A stretch of 64,000 nucleotides of DNA from assembly GCA_964392925.1 (NCBI GenBank), contig CAYMRP010000004.1, forward strand, positions 71,184 to 135,183, in the 5' to 3' direction. Positions 18,277-29,266 of the stretch are shown piece by piece (position 1 is the first letter of the stretch; each line of letters begins with the position of its first letter). Source of the stretch: an uncultured Gammaproteobacteria bacterium (GTDB lineage Bacteria > Patescibacteriota > Microgenomatia > Daviesbacterales > UBA10151). The translations under genes and the position numbers were made by a program. The notes under the pieces are model-generated. The model saw only the letters and a program-made list of their open reading frames with translations, did not search any database and had not been told where the DNA came from.

Positions 18277-18840
18277 ATGGGAAAAACGATATCAATCATC
18301 TTACGAGTCTTTAAAAAAACACAAGCCAAAATATATACCAGATTTTGGAAACTATTTCTAAAATCCTTAGGGAAATACAGTGTTCTATATCCTGGGAGCA
18401 CCTTTGCCGGGGCATGTAATATCCAAATAGGTCATCACGTATTTATTCATCAGGGAGCACATTTATATACTGGCGGCAGCAAAATTACCATTGGGAACTA
18501 CGTACTCATTGGTAGAAACTGCTCAATTATCGCCGCCAACAGAGACTATGCGAATTGGACTCGGCCTATTTATTTTGGTACAGAATATGTGAAAAAACCT
18601 GTAGTTATAAAAGATGATGTTTGGATTGGTGAACGGGTAATTATTACCGCTGGTGTGACCGTTGGGCGAGGAGTTGTAATAGGTGCGGGTTCAATCGTAA
18701 CAAAAGATGTACCTGATTTCGCTATTGTTGCTGGTGTTCCTGCCAAGTTAATTAAATATCGATTTGATAAAAAAACTATTCAGCGAGCGATGCGGATAGA
18801 CTTGTCCAAATTCAAAGATATCAAAAAGGAGAAAAAATAA
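18277..18840 (+). CDS. Hexapeptide-repeat (LbH) sugar O-acetyltransferase
   Basis: Left-handed beta-helix hexapeptide repeats (IGRNCSIIAAN...VWIGERVIITAGVTVGRGVVIGAGSIVTKDVPDFAIVAGVPAKLI), like WbbJ or maltose acetyltransferase. Confidence 0.85.
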   Translation: MGKTISIILRVFKKTQAKIYTRFWKLFLKSLGKYSVLYPGSTFAGACNIQIGHHVFIHQGAHLYTGGSKITIGNYVLIGRNCSIIAANRDYANWTRPIYFGTEYVKKPVVIKDDVWIGERVIITAGVTVGRGVVIGAGSIVTKDVPDFAIVAGVPAKLIKYRFDKKTIQRAMRIDLSKFKDIKKEKK

Positions 18841-20198
18841 TGTCCGGAATAATTACTAGAATTTCTACTTTGGCTTCCAAAAACAAACTTATAACTACAG
18901 CTGGATTATTTGTGGCAGCCTCGATGTTGGCAAATATATTCAATTGGCTTTTAAGTATCCTAGCCGGCCGGGTTTTAGATACAGATGAATTTGCAGTCTA
19001 CGCTGTTTTTGTAAGCATATTAGGCATTCTGTCTGTTCCCTCAAACGCTTTAGCAACAACAATCAGCAGATACTATGCTTATTATTCGGGAAAAGAGAGC
19101 AGTTCAGATATTAAAGCTTTGATTAACTATTATAAAAAAGTAGCGCTGATTTTAGGAGTTCTTGGTGTCCTTATAGTCTATTTCACAAACGACTATATCA
19201 GAGCTTTTTTAAAGCTACCATCAGATAGCATGGTCGTTGGGTTTGCACCCGTTGCTTTCTTTCTTTTTACGGCGGCTTACTTCAGAGGAATTTTAAAAGG
19301 AAAACTAAAATTCGGCATAGTTGGACTGATGATGATAGTAGAAACATTTACTAAGCTGATACTTTTATTCTCCGGATACATGTTAAACCTTCCTGTTCTC
19401 GTAATAGCCATCATTTCCTTACCACTTTCTTGGTCGCTTGCATCTCTGATCGGGTTTTTAGCTACTTTTGAAAACGATGATAAGACTAGAATCACAAAGA
19501 AAACAGGAACCTTAGAATTTTCAAAATTAGATAGTCATTTTTTTATGACAAACGCTTTTTTTGCTAGTGTTGGTATGATGCTAATGAATAGTGTCGATAT
19601 TTTGCTAGTAAAACATTATTTTTCCGATTTTGAAGCTGGAACTTATGCTCTATTAAGCCTTTTCGGGAAAATTCTTTACTTTGGAGGTGGAAGCTTCATA
19701 GAATTATTTGTTCCACTCACCGCTAAGTCACATGCGAAAAATTCTAACAGTAGAAATCAATTTTTTAAACTTCTCGTATTGGTATCATCAGTAGCGATCC
19801 CCACACTAATTCTATTTCTTTCATTCCCAAACTTCACAACATACCTATTCTTAAAGGATAAAGGCTACCTAGTAATTCCGTATTTGGCACCTTATCTTAT
19901 TGCAACAACATTCCTGCTTTATACCAATTGTTTTAATGCATATAACACGGCTAAAAAACATTTCATCTCGACATACCTGATAACTGCGATGGCATTAGTC
20001 CAGGGAGCTTTGATTATGATATGGCACAAATCGCTTACTGATATTGTAAACATTGTTCTTTTCACTCAAGTTGTACTTTTTGTACTAGTTCTGTTTTATG
20101 AATTTTTTATATCTCCAAAACACTCTGAAGAAAAATCAACTTCGTCACTATGGACAAAATGGTCTCCAATTTGGGAAAGGACTAACAACAATGTCTAA
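18840..20198 (+). CDS. Polysaccharide biosynthesis protein / Wzx-type (MOP superfamily) flippase
   Basis: 452 aa with about 12 predicted TM helices in the typical Wzx layout; adjacent to GT genes. Confidence 0.65.
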   Translation: MSGIITRISTLASKNKLITTAGLFVAASMLANIFNWLLSILAGRVLDTDEFAVYAVFVSILGILSVPSNALATTISRYYAYYSGKESSSDIKALINYYKKVALILGVLGVLIVYFTNDYIRAFLKLPSDSMVVGFAPVAFFLFTAAYFRGILKGKLKFGIVGLMMIVETFTKLILLFSGYMLNLPVLVIAIISLPLSWSLASLIGFLATFENDDKTRITKKTGTLEFSKLDSHFFMTNAFFASVGMMLMNSVDILLVKHYFSDFEAGTYALLSLFGKILYFGGGSFIELFVPLTAKSHAKNSNSRNQFFKLLVLVSSVAIPTLILFLSFPNFTTYLFLKDKGYLVIPYLAPYLIATTFLLYTNCFNAYNTAKKHFISTYLITAMALVQGALIMIWHKSLTDIVNIVLFTQVVLFVLVLFYEFFISPKHSEEKSTSSLWTKWSPIWERTNNNV

Positions 20199-21195
20199 AA
20201 CTTTATTAGTACAACAGCAACAGCTCCACTTTTTCTTGGTGATGCTTATGTCGTTATTCAGAAAAAAACAAACAGCCATCTCGCCTCTCCCAGCTTTAGT
20301 AAATGGCTTCGCTCTAGAGAGGGAGCTAAATTCAGGTGAGTTAATAAAGCCTCACAGAATAGGAATATACAAAAATGATCGCGGACAAAAAGGTGTAGTT
20401 AAATGGTGGAGTGGAAACAAAAAAACATTTGCAGCTATATCATTAGAGAATGAACTTTCAATGGCCAAATTATTAGAGAAATTAAACCATCGGACAATTA
20501 AAAATCAAAAACCAAATTTGACTCAAATTGGAAGTGCACATGTTATCACAAGTAGAGTAAATGAAAAAACAGTTTTTATAATGTCTGAATTTCATGAGGG
20601 AAAACTTCTTAGAGAAGTAGCAAAGGCGATCCAGATTAAAGAGTATAAACGGGCACTAAACTATTTAAGTAGTCTATCTGGCAATTTAACCCAAATTGAA
20701 ATTGACGCGCTTCCCAAGAGAACATATATTGATTACCTATTGCTTTACCCAGCTTTGTTAAGTGTCTCTATTCTAAGACAACCGAGATATTTTTGGACAT
20801 TTATAAAAGGCCTGCCCCCAGTACTTTTCTCACTTACAAAAATTAGAAAACATCCTTTAACCATAGTGCATCGAGATCTTCACACAATGAATATTATCTA
20901 TTCTCCATCTCGCACAACCATCATCGATCTACAGCGTGCTGTTCTAACTTACGGGTTATATGAGCTGGTAACAACTTTAGCAGTTGAATGGGACAACAAG
21001 GAATTACGTCAGGCGATTCTAGATTATATTTACTCATCATATTCGAATTCTTTAACTATCTTTAGAGGACTAATGATTTATTTTGCAACTCATGCTCTGA
21101 CTGCCAATAACTTGCCGGAGTATTATCTTAGCCGCTACAAAGCAATGCTTAACTTCGCGGTCTATAAATATTCCAACTATTATTTAAAAACATGA
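20191..21195 (+). CDS. Kinase-fold phosphotransferase (APH/choline-kinase-like) within the glycan locus
   Basis: Catalytic-loop-like IVHRDLHTMNIIY followed by IIDLQ (the HxDxxxxN...D pattern of APH/ChoK/Kdo-kinase folds). The track start at 20098 overlaps the upstream gene by 100 nt; the ATG at 20191 is more likely. Confidence 0.5.
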   Translation: MSKTLLVQQQQLHFFLVMLMSLFRKKQTAISPLPALVNGFALERELNSGELIKPHRIGIYKNDRGQKGVVKWWSGNKKTFAAISLENELSMAKLLEKLNHRTIKNQKPNLTQIGSAHVITSRVNEKTVFIMSEFHEGKLLREVAKAIQIKEYKRALNYLSSLSGNLTQIEIDALPKRTYIDYLLLYPALLSVSILRQPRYFWTFIKGLPPVLFSLTKIRKHPLTIVHRDLHTMNIIYSPSRTTIIDLQRAVLTYGLYELVTTLAVEWDNKELRQAILDYIYSSYSNSLTIFRGLMIYFATHALTANNLPEYYLSRYKAMLNFAVYKYSNYYLKT

Positions 21196-22097
21196 AAACA
21201 AAAAAAACATTAACTATTTGTATACCCGCATTTAATGAGGCAGAAAATCTAAAAAAACTGCTTCCATCCCTACTCGCTCAAAAAAGGTCAACTTACATTC
21301 TTTCTAAAATAATAGTAGCCTCTGATGCAAGCACTGACACTATATATAATGTGGTAAAGAAAATAGGAAGCAAAAAAATAAATGTTATACATGGAAAGGA
21401 GAGAAAAGGTGTCGCTTATCGTCAAAATCAATTATTAGAAAAATCGACCTCTGATATTGTAGTTCTTCTTAATGCTGACATCGCTGTTATCGATTTCAGA
21501 TATATTGAGAAATTAGTTGCTCCAATTATAAAAAATAAAGCCGATATGACTTCATCAGCTCTCATGGAAACAAGTCCCCGCACTTTTTTCGAAAAAGCCC
21601 TATATACCAGCATGCAAGCAAAAAAATATGCTTTCAATAAATTCAAAGACGGAAATAATGTCTATACCTGTCGCGGACCTGCAAGAGCTTTTAGTAAAAA
21701 TCTCTATAAAATAATTCGTTTCCCTTCTGGTATCGGGGAGGATGCATACTCCTACCTTTTTACAATCAAACGAGGCATGCGATTTATCGCTGTTAAAAAC
21801 GCTACAGTCTACTATTCCTTGCCCACAACCTTTAAAGATCACAAAAGACAAAGCCTGCGTTACCTGAGTTCTAAATCAAATTTTACTTCCAAATTTGGCG
21901 AAAAGTTTGTCAAAGATGAATACAACCTTCCCCTAAAATATATATTGGAAGCAGCTCTGTTCTACTCAATGTCGAATCCTATCTATATGCTTTGCTACTT
22001 CATGATCTTCATGCAAATAAATCTTAGATCTCTATTCAAAAACACCCAGAGTGAAACATGGGAGGTGGCAACAAGTTCAAAGTTGCTAAATGTATAA
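21192..22097 (+). CDS. Glycosyltransferase family 2
   Basis: The N-terminus LTICIPAFNEAENL and DxD-type motifs (VASDASTD, LNADI) are typical of GT2. Confidence 0.8.
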   Translation: MKTKKTLTICIPAFNEAENLKKLLPSLLAQKRSTYILSKIIVASDASTDTIYNVVKKIGSKKINVIHGKERKGVAYRQNQLLEKSTSDIVVLLNADIAVIDFRYIEKLVAPIIKNKADMTSSALMETSPRTFFEKALYTSMQAKKYAFNKFKDGNNVYTCRGPARAFSKNLYKIIRFPSGIGEDAYSYLFTIKRGMRFIAVKNATVYYSLPTTFKDHKRQSLRYLSSKSNFTSKFGEKFVKDEYNLPLKYILEAALFYSMSNPIYMLCYFMIFMQINLRSLFKNTQSETWEVATSSKLLNV

Positions 22098-22905
22098 AAT
22101 GAAAACCAATCCAATATTTATCATTCGCCGTTATATATACAAAACTCTAAATCTGGTCGATCGCCTTTTTGACAACAATACTAAAGCATTTGTTCTTTGC
22201 TATCACGGAATTGACTCCAGTGACTGGAGGTTTAGTATTTCGCTTATCATGTTCAAAAAACAAATTAAGCATCTGAAAAATGAAGGCTACTCTTTCATAA
22301 CAACTAAAGACATATTGGAATATTGCCAAGGTAAAAAAATTCTACCTAAGCCTAGTGTTGCAATAACTTTCGATGATGGATACAAAAGCATGAAAATAGT
22401 CGCTAAATTTCTCAAAGAAGAAAAAATTGAACCAACCCTATTCCTCCTCTCTCAAACAGTAAAACCTAACTGGAAAGAAATTGGTAAAAAGGACAGTTTC
22501 TTAAATTTCTCTGAGATAAAATCCTTGGAAAGAAATGGCTGGTTAATGGGAAGTCACAGCAGCACACATGCTAACCTTTCAGAGCTATCAAAAGAAGAGT
22601 TGGTAAATGAAATCTCAAATTCTAAAAAAGTGTTAGAACAAAAGCTTAAGAAATCTATTTCAGATTTTGCATACCCAAGAGGTAAATACAATGATTCCGT
22701 ACTAAAGCAAGTAAAAAAAGCTGGATTTAAAGCGGGTTGGACTATGGACGATGGATTTTTGGGTCCACAAACAAACTTACTTCAAATACCCAGAATAGGA
22801 GTTGACAGAACCCATTCCTTAGAAGAGTTTAAAACGCTATTCAGCCCATCGGCAATATTAATGCGAAAACTTATAAAACAATCTCCCATAGGAGGATTAC
22901 TATGA
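22090..22905 (+). CDS. Polysaccharide deacetylase (NodB homology domain, CE4)
   Basis: NodB motifs: TFDDGY (motif 1) and HSSTHANLSEL (His motif). Confidence 0.85.
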   Translation: MYKMKTNPIFIIRRYIYKTLNLVDRLFDNNTKAFVLCYHGIDSSDWRFSISLIMFKKQIKHLKNEGYSFITTKDILEYCQGKKILPKPSVAITFDDGYKSMKIVAKFLKEEKIEPTLFLLSQTVKPNWKEIGKKDSFLNFSEIKSLERNGWLMGSHSSTHANLSELSKEELVNEISNSKKVLEQKLKKSISDFAYPRGKYNDSVLKQVKKAGFKAGWTMDDGFLGPQTNLLQIPRIGVDRTHSLEEFKTLFSPSAILMRKLIKQSPIGGLL

Positions 22906-24074
22906 AAAGTAAACAAATTGATGTTGTAGTGAAATATTTTCACCCTGTTGCGGCGGGTATAGAAACTAACATACTTAATACATATAGTGTGCTTGCCCAA
23001 ATGGGTTGGGATGTTCGTATTCACACATCTACAAACACTCACACGGGTAAGGACATACTTCCAAAATTCGAAATAATCAGAGGCTTAAAAGTATATCGCT
23101 ATAAACATCATTGGTATGGAATACAGCCTAATATAGACTATACGAAAACTTCTTTAGTTTGTATCCATAATTTTAATATCTTTCCTCATATTCAAATAAT
23201 GACTAAAGCGATACTGGGTAACCTAACGAAAACAAAGAAGTACGGGCTGGTCTTGACCCCTCACGGGGGTTACACTCCTGATTGGAACGTTTTTGGACCA
23301 ATATCAAAACAAATTAAGAAAATCTATCACAGAACCCTAGGTAAAATTCTTATTAATTTATCTTGTGATGCAATAAGAGCAGTCTCAGTATGGGAGAAAG
23401 ACCAAATAATTAGCCAGGGAGTTAATAAAGATATTATTCAAGTTATAACAAATGGGGTAGAGAATGAAGCATTTGTAGATTTAAATAAAGAAGCAAGTAA
23501 ACAGGTCAAGAATCTCGCTCACTCATTAGGCGACTATATAATCCAGGTTGGAAGAATATACCCAATTAAAAACTACGAAACGACAATTCGAGCTCTTAGT
23601 CTGATCCCAGGTAACCTAAAATATGCTATTACTGGAGCAGATTCAGAGAAATCCGGTTATTTTAATTCCCTCAAAAAATTAATTAAATCGTTGGGGCTTG
23701 AAGAAAGAGTTGTCTTCACGGGAGTCATTTCCGGGGTCGATAAATTCTATCTCATGAATAAAGCCCAGATGATGGTCCATATGGCACATTGGGAGAGTTT
23801 TTGTAATGTGGTTCACGAAGGAATGAGCCAAGGATTAGTCTGTATCGTGGCCAACAATACTGCACTTCCATATCTAATAAAAAATAATGTGAACGGATAC
23901 TGTGTTGAAACTTTTGACTATAAATCTTTAGCAAGCAAGATTGAATATGTCATAAAAAACAAAAACAAGAAAGAAATTATTCAAATCGAAAAGAATAATA
24001 AAAATATTGGTTCTCAGGAAACTTGGGGTGCAGTTGCTGAAAAAATGAATAACTTGTATCTAAAGCTAATATGA
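22902..24074 (+). CDS. Glycosyltransferase family 4 (group 1)
   Basis: GT-B architecture with the C-terminal motif HMAHWESFCNVVHEGMSQGLVCIV (E-X7-E-like). Confidence 0.75.
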   Translation: MKSKQIDVVVKYFHPVAAGIETNILNTYSVLAQMGWDVRIHTSTNTHTGKDILPKFEIIRGLKVYRYKHHWYGIQPNIDYTKTSLVCIHNFNIFPHIQIMTKAILGNLTKTKKYGLVLTPHGGYTPDWNVFGPISKQIKKIYHRTLGKILINLSCDAIRAVSVWEKDQIISQGVNKDIIQVITNGVENEAFVDLNKEASKQVKNLAHSLGDYIIQVGRIYPIKNYETTIRALSLIPGNLKYAITGADSEKSGYFNSLKKLIKSLGLEERVVFTGVISGVDKFYLMNKAQMMVHMAHWESFCNVVHEGMSQGLVCIVANNTALPYLIKNNVNGYCVETFDYKSLASKIEYVIKNKNKKEIIQIEKNNKNIGSQETWGAVAEKMNNLYLKLI

Positions 24075-24964
24075 AAAAGAAATTAAAAATATCAATCGCT
24101 ATACCTACTTACGAAGCCGGAGAAAGTCTTGTTGTCACACTCCGCTCTATCTACAATCAAACTTTTTATTCGGAAATAGATAAAATTTATGTGGCTATAG
24201 ATGGTAATAAGATAAAAAGCAAAATCATGAATAAAATAAAAAATCCAAAGCTGAGTCTACTTCACTATAAAAGAAGAGAAGGCCAAGCCCAAAGAATTAA
24301 TAATTTATTCAAAAAATCGAGTTCTGACATTTTGGTATTAACCAACGATGATATCTACTTAACCAATACCTTAGTCGAGGAAATTGTCCGCACTTATAAT
24401 GGTGACCTGATATTAGGAAATGTCCTAGGTATCAAGCCTCAGACATTCATTGAGAGACTCGTCTTGGTAGGAGCAAATATTAATAAAAGAGTCGCAGAAT
24501 CCTGGAATTCAGGCGACAATTATCTTTCCTGCAACGGCAGACTGATCATACTTTCTAAAAAATTATATAAAAGAATAGAGCTGCCGAAAACAATTTGGAA
24601 TAGTGATGCTTATATTTATTTCTATGCAAAAAAACTTAAATCTGAAGTTAATATCGGCAAAGAACTAAAAGCATATTTCAGAGCTCCTAGCAATCTTGAA
24701 GAGCATATTAAGCAGAGTGATAAGTTTCAAATGTCTCGGGAGGAAAATATGTCTTATTTTAAAGAGGATATATCTAAACAATACGACATACCTAAAGCTC
24801 TAAAATTTAAATCCCTCATTCTTGAATTCCTATTAAACCCAGTGATTACTTTTTGCTACGTACTTATTTATATCTATACAAGAACCCATAGAAAATACTA
24901 TAATATACAACATAAGGATTTTTGGGAAACTGATAAAACAACTAAGCAATTGAAAATATCATGA
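24071..24964 (+). CDS. Glycosyltransferase family 2
   Basis: ISIAIPTYEAGESL at the N-terminus, a DGNK/TNDDIYL DxD region, and a C-terminal TM helix. Confidence 0.75.
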   Translation: MKKKLKISIAIPTYEAGESLVVTLRSIYNQTFYSEIDKIYVAIDGNKIKSKIMNKIKNPKLSLLHYKRREGQAQRINNLFKKSSSDILVLTNDDIYLTNTLVEEIVRTYNGDLILGNVLGIKPQTFIERLVLVGANINKRVAESWNSGDNYLSCNGRLIILSKKLYKRIELPKTIWNSDAYIYFYAKKLKSEVNIGKELKAYFRAPSNLEEHIKQSDKFQMSREENMSYFKEDISKQYDIPKALKFKSLILEFLLNPVITFCYVLIYIYTRTHRKYYNIQHKDFWETDKTTKQLKIS

Positions 24965-26511
24965 AAAAAATAATTACTTCAATACTATTAATAATCTTCA
25001 GTTTCGTAATTCTAACTCTTTCTATAAGGGGCATAGCTGGTAATCCTAGTGATGCTACCATTAACGAACCGTACTGGAAAGATAATGGTCCTTTAGAGCT
25101 CTCACCTGAAAGAGGTAAATTTGCTCTGACATATTCCTTCGTTGAGGATAATTCTGTTCATTTCTCGGTTCCAATAGCAAAATTCTCGACACCCGACTTA
25201 GGTTATAGTAAAGGTAATTATGTCTCACTTTTTGCACCAGGCGTAGCCTATATAACAATACCAGGATATATTATAGGTAAGGAATTTGGCTCTTCGCAAG
25301 TTGGCACTTATGCTGTAATAGCATTATTCGCGATAATGAACGCAGCCTTAATAAATTTAATCCTCCTAAGGCTTGGTGTAAGGAGTATTTTATCTGCTAT
25401 AAGTAGTATCATTTTTCTATTCGCGACACCGGCTTTCGCATATGCCGTATCTCTATATCAGCATCATATATCCACATTTATAATACTTCTAAGTGTATAT
25501 CTGCTGCAAAGATTTAAAGGAATTTGGCCACTGGTAATTATATGGTTTATCTTAGCCATATCTTTAGCAGTAGATAATCCAAATCTTTTTATGGTTTTCC
25601 CGATCGGGATATATGCATTAGGGCGAGTAGTTTACGCAAAAATTGATCAGAACAAGGTTAAGGTAGGAGTGAAGACATTAGCAGTTCTGACTTTAGTCAC
25701 TGCTTTAGTCCCTCTTTTACTTTTCGGGTGGTTCAACAAAATATCTTATGGCGACGCTATGAGACTTGGAGGTACTGTGGCATCGGTTAAAGAAATAGAT
25801 GAACAAGGTAAGCCAGCTGCTCCAAAAAATACAGGAACAACTAATGTTGCCCAGTTTATCAATCCTGATCAGCAAAAAAAGTCAGCTCTCAGATTCTTTA
25901 AGACCAGAAATATATTAAACGGCTTTTATATTCATTTTATTAGTCCTGACAGAGGCATTATATATTTTACACCGGTCATACTATTGGGTTTCATTGGAAT
26001 GTTTTATTTTTACAGGAAAGATTCGGGATTAACGTCTCTTCTTATTGCAATCATGGGAACAAATATCCTGCTGTATTCTATGTGGGGTGATGCATGGGGA
26101 GGATGGGCGTTTGGTTCGAGATATTTAGTACCTTCTTATGCAATACTCGCCATTTTCCTTGGTGTCGCCCTAAACAGGTTCCATCGGAATATTATATTTA
26201 TACTTGTGTTCTTATCTCTTTTTGTATATTCGGCAGCTATAAATACCGTAGGTGCTATTACTTCCAATAGAAATCCTCCTCAGGTTGAAGTTTTGGGTCT
26301 GGAGCAGCTAACAGGCAAACAAGAAAAATACACTTATGAAAGAAATTTTGACATGCTAGGCATTAATCAATCTAAATCTTTTGTATTTAATACTACAGTT
26401 AACAAATATTTCACTGCATGGGAATACTACTATTTCCTGACGGGGCTAATTATTCTCTCAGTGGCATTGCCATTAATTACACTTAACGCACTAGACTGGA
26501 GAAGAAAATGA
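24961..26511 (+). CDS. Polytopic membrane protein, putative GT-C-fold glycosyltransferase (ArnT/PMT-like)
   Basis: 516 aa with more than 10 predicted TM helices, a first extracytoplasmic loop carrying an acidic motif (FVEDNS), and a location beside a polyprenyl-P-sugar synthase-like GT2. The assignment rests on topology and context only. Confidence 0.45.
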   Translation: MKKIITSILLIIFSFVILTLSIRGIAGNPSDATINEPYWKDNGPLELSPERGKFALTYSFVEDNSVHFSVPIAKFSTPDLGYSKGNYVSLFAPGVAYITIPGYIIGKEFGSSQVGTYAVIALFAIMNAALINLILLRLGVRSILSAISSIIFLFATPAFAYAVSLYQHHISTFIILLSVYLLQRFKGIWPLVIIWFILAISLAVDNPNLFMVFPIGIYALGRVVYAKIDQNKVKVGVKTLAVLTLVTALVPLLLFGWFNKISYGDAMRLGGTVASVKEIDEQGKPAAPKNTGTTNVAQFINPDQQKKSALRFFKTRNILNGFYIHFISPDRGIIYFTPVILLGFIGMFYFYRKDSGLTSLLIAIMGTNILLYSMWGDAWGGWAFGSRYLVPSYAILAIFLGVALNRFHRNIIFILVFLSLFVYSAAINTVGAITSNRNPPQVEVLGLEQLTGKQEKYTYERNFDMLGINQSKSFVFNTTVNKYFTAWEYYYFLTGLIILSVALPLITLNALDWRRK

Positions 26512-28166
26512 TAAAAATAAATAAGTTAGCTGAAATAGAAATAGAGCTTAATGTCTCTTTACTAGACAAAATTAAAGATTTTTTCTCTAAGTATGGACTC
26601 TACTTCATAATTTTAATACTTTCAGGCATTTCCGTAGGCGGATTTCTATACTTTCTTGAAAACGGATTAGGGCTCGCATACAACGATGCCAGATCCCATT
26701 TAAATATTGGCCGAAGAGTAGTAGAAGGGTTAAAGCCAGGTTTCGCCCAAATTGGTAGTGTCTGGTTACCTCTACCTCACGTTCTAATGATTCCTACAAT
26801 CTGGAATGATTTTATGTGGCACACAGGTTTATCCGGTGCAATTGTCTCGATGTCCTCCTTTATTGGAACAGGTGTATTAGTCTATAAGTTCCTTCAAAAA
26901 CTAGGAGCAGGATTAATGGGTAGATGGATGGGAGTTCTTGTGCTGGTAGCAAACATTAATATTCTATATTTGCAATCTACCGCAATGACTGAACTATTAT
27001 TACTTTTCACAATGACCGCCGCAGCCTACGACCTAATGATCTGGCACCAATCAAGCAGAATTATTAATCTGGTTAAAGCCGCATTTTGGATAATGTTATC
27101 AACTCTCGTCAGATATGATGGTTGGTTCCTATTTTTCGTATCAGTTATTCTTATAGTCATTAATCTTATGCGGGTGGGTAGTTTTAAAATAAAGGATCTC
27201 CCTGCTAAATATTTCAAAATAGAGGGAGTCGTCATTGCTTTCTGTACGTTAGCAGGTCTTGGAGTTTTTCTATGGTTACTATGGAACCTATTAATTTTTA
27301 AAGATCCGTTTTTCTTTGCCTTTGGCCCATACTCAGCTCATGCCCAGCAACAGCAATTAGAAAGTGCGGGGGAGTTAATTACCAAACATGATTGGTTTCT
27401 TTCAGCTAAGTTTTATACATATGCTCTAGCCTATAATTCCGGAGCTTTCTCAGCACTTCTTGGGATATTTGGGTTAGTAGCTATTTGGTTCGATAAGAAG
27501 CTATTAACACCGGTAAAATTTGCAGTGTTTGCTTTAGTTGCACCACTTTTATTCAATATATTAGCATTATACCTTGGGCATTCAGTTCTATTTATCCAAG
27601 GACTTTCTGGTGATGTCTGGTTCAATGTCCGATACGGCATTATGATGATGCCATCAATAGCAATCTTTATTGGTTTTCTTATCGATAGGGTTAAGAATCT
27701 TAGAGCAGTCCTTATCGGGCTTTTACTACTTACGATTTTCTTCCAGTTCCAAAACTTTGATGCAGTTACTATTGATGATGCCAGAGTTGGATCTTCTCAG
27801 AAAAATGTCAGCGAAGTATCAGATTGGCTATCTCAAAATGCTAAAGATAGGGATGGGTTCATTTTAATCTCAGCAGCCTCACACGACGCTATTATTTTTT
27901 CATCTGGATTACCAATGAAAAAATTTATCCATGAAGGTACCGGCAGATATTGGGAATCCGCAACAACAAATCCTGAAAGATGGGCAAGATGGATTATTGC
28001 CAGAACTCATGACAATAACGATTCTACGTGGAGAGCTGTATCGCAAACTCCAGATATTAATAACTATATTCTTGTTAAGTCTTACCCGTTTGCAGATATC
28101 TACGAACTAAAGCCAGAGTTCCTCCCTAACCTCAATACAAAACCTATCTTAGGCAAGCAAAAGTAG
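26508..28166 (+). CDS. Polytopic membrane protein, putative GT-C-fold glycosyltransferase
   Basis: 552 aa with an N-terminal block of about 11 TM helices and a C-terminal soluble extracytoplasmic domain; translationally coupled to the preceding gene. Confidence 0.45.
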   Translation: MIKINKLAEIEIELNVSLLDKIKDFFSKYGLYFIILILSGISVGGFLYFLENGLGLAYNDARSHLNIGRRVVEGLKPGFAQIGSVWLPLPHVLMIPTIWNDFMWHTGLSGAIVSMSSFIGTGVLVYKFLQKLGAGLMGRWMGVLVLVANINILYLQSTAMTELLLLFTMTAAAYDLMIWHQSSRIINLVKAAFWIMLSTLVRYDGWFLFFVSVILIVINLMRVGSFKIKDLPAKYFKIEGVVIAFCTLAGLGVFLWLLWNLLIFKDPFFFAFGPYSAHAQQQQLESAGELITKHDWFLSAKFYTYALAYNSGAFSALLGIFGLVAIWFDKKLLTPVKFAVFALVAPLLFNILALYLGHSVLFIQGLSGDVWFNVRYGIMMMPSIAIFIGFLIDRVKNLRAVLIGLLLLTIFFQFQNFDAVTIDDARVGSSQKNVSEVSDWLSQNAKDRDGFILISAASHDAIIFSSGLPMKKFIHEGTGRYWESATTNPERWARWIIARTHDNNDSTWRAVSQTPDINNYILVKSYPFADIYELKPEFLPNLNTKPILGKQK

Positions 28167-28175
28167 TATTCTAAT

Positions 28176-29186
28176 ATGATCAAAAAAGTATTAATAGTCT
28201 CAGCTATAACAATAGTCATATTCTTGTTATTCTCCTACTTCAACTCAAAAATTGAAGAATATCATAAAGAATCTGCTCTAAAAAGAATTCATCTGTGGGA
28301 TTTTCGTTCGGTTGATACTGTAAAATATTCAAGAGATCTCGCACGCGAAATGATGGAGGATCAAGAATTCGATACCATTATTAGTAAACAAGTTAGTGAC
28401 ATAGCATTGCTAGGAGCTTCACATATTGCCATAAGTACTCCATACGATGCCGAATTCCTACCTTTCCTGAAAAGATGGGTTACCGTTGCAAGAGAGAAGA
28501 ATCTTAAAGTCTGGTTTAGAGGTAATTTTTCAGGCTGGGAAAATTGGTTTGGCTACGAAAGAATGACCAGAGAAGAACATAAAATATTACTCAAAGAGTT
28601 TATTGAAAATAATCCTGGTCTATTTGAAGATGGAGACATTTTTACCTCATGTCCTGAATGCGAGAACGGTGGACCAGGGGACCCGAGGCATAATGGTGAT
28701 GTAATAGGACATCGTAAATTCCTAATTGATGAATACAATATTTCTAAAGAATCATTTGCCAATATTGATAAGCAAGTTCAGCCTGGTTTTTATTCTATGA
28801 ATTATGATGTCGCAACTCTAGTTATGGATGAGGATACAACAAATAAGCTCGGAAACTTAGTAGTTATTGATCATTACATCAAAGATCCTGAAAAACTTGC
28901 CAAAGACGCAAGAAAGATAGCTGAGAAATCAAAAGGTGAAGTTGTTCTGGGTGAATTTGGTGCACCGATTCCTGACATACATGGAGCAATGACAGATAAG
29001 GCACAGGCTGACTGGATTAACCAAGCTTTGCAAGAAGTGAGTCTTGTTGAAGAAGTAACTGGTGTAAATTACTGGACTAATGTTGGAGGTTCTACCGAAT
29101 TGTGGAATTCAGGAGGTACTCCCAAAGCAGCTGTAGATATGATAAGAGAATATTATAAAAAAACAAAACTAATATCTCCACGTTGA
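28176..29186 (+). CDS. Membrane-anchored extracytoplasmic protein, possible clan GH-A (TIM-barrel) glycoside hydrolase
   Basis: N-terminal TM anchor and a GEFG motif (VLGEFGAP) resembling the nucleophile strand of GH5-like enzymes. The match is weak. Confidence 0.35.
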   Translation: MIKKVLIVSAITIVIFLLFSYFNSKIEEYHKESALKRIHLWDFRSVDTVKYSRDLAREMMEDQEFDTIISKQVSDIALLGASHIAISTPYDAEFLPFLKRWVTVAREKNLKVWFRGNFSGWENWFGYERMTREEHKILLKEFIENNPGLFEDGDIFTSCPECENGGPGDPRHNGDVIGHRKFLIDEYNISKESFANIDKQVQPGFYSMNYDVATLVMDEDTTNKLGNLVVIDHYIKDPEKLAKDARKIAEKSKGEVVLGEFGAPIPDIHGAMTDKAQADWINQALQEVSLVEEVTGVNYWTNVGGSTELWNSGGTPKAAVDMIREYYKKTKLISPR

Positions 29187-29266
29187 TTTAAACCCATAGT
29201 CGTGATACAATAACCCATAATGTTTTTTATTATGATAAAAAACATGCGAAATTTTTAATAAAACTT

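Noticed and set aside
20098-20198. A 100-nt out-of-frame overlap between the Wzx-like gene and the kinase-like gene, as a possible programmed frameshift or fusion.
   Set aside because: An in-frame ATG at 20191 gives a conventional 8-nt overlap start. The longer N-terminal extension has no conserved features.
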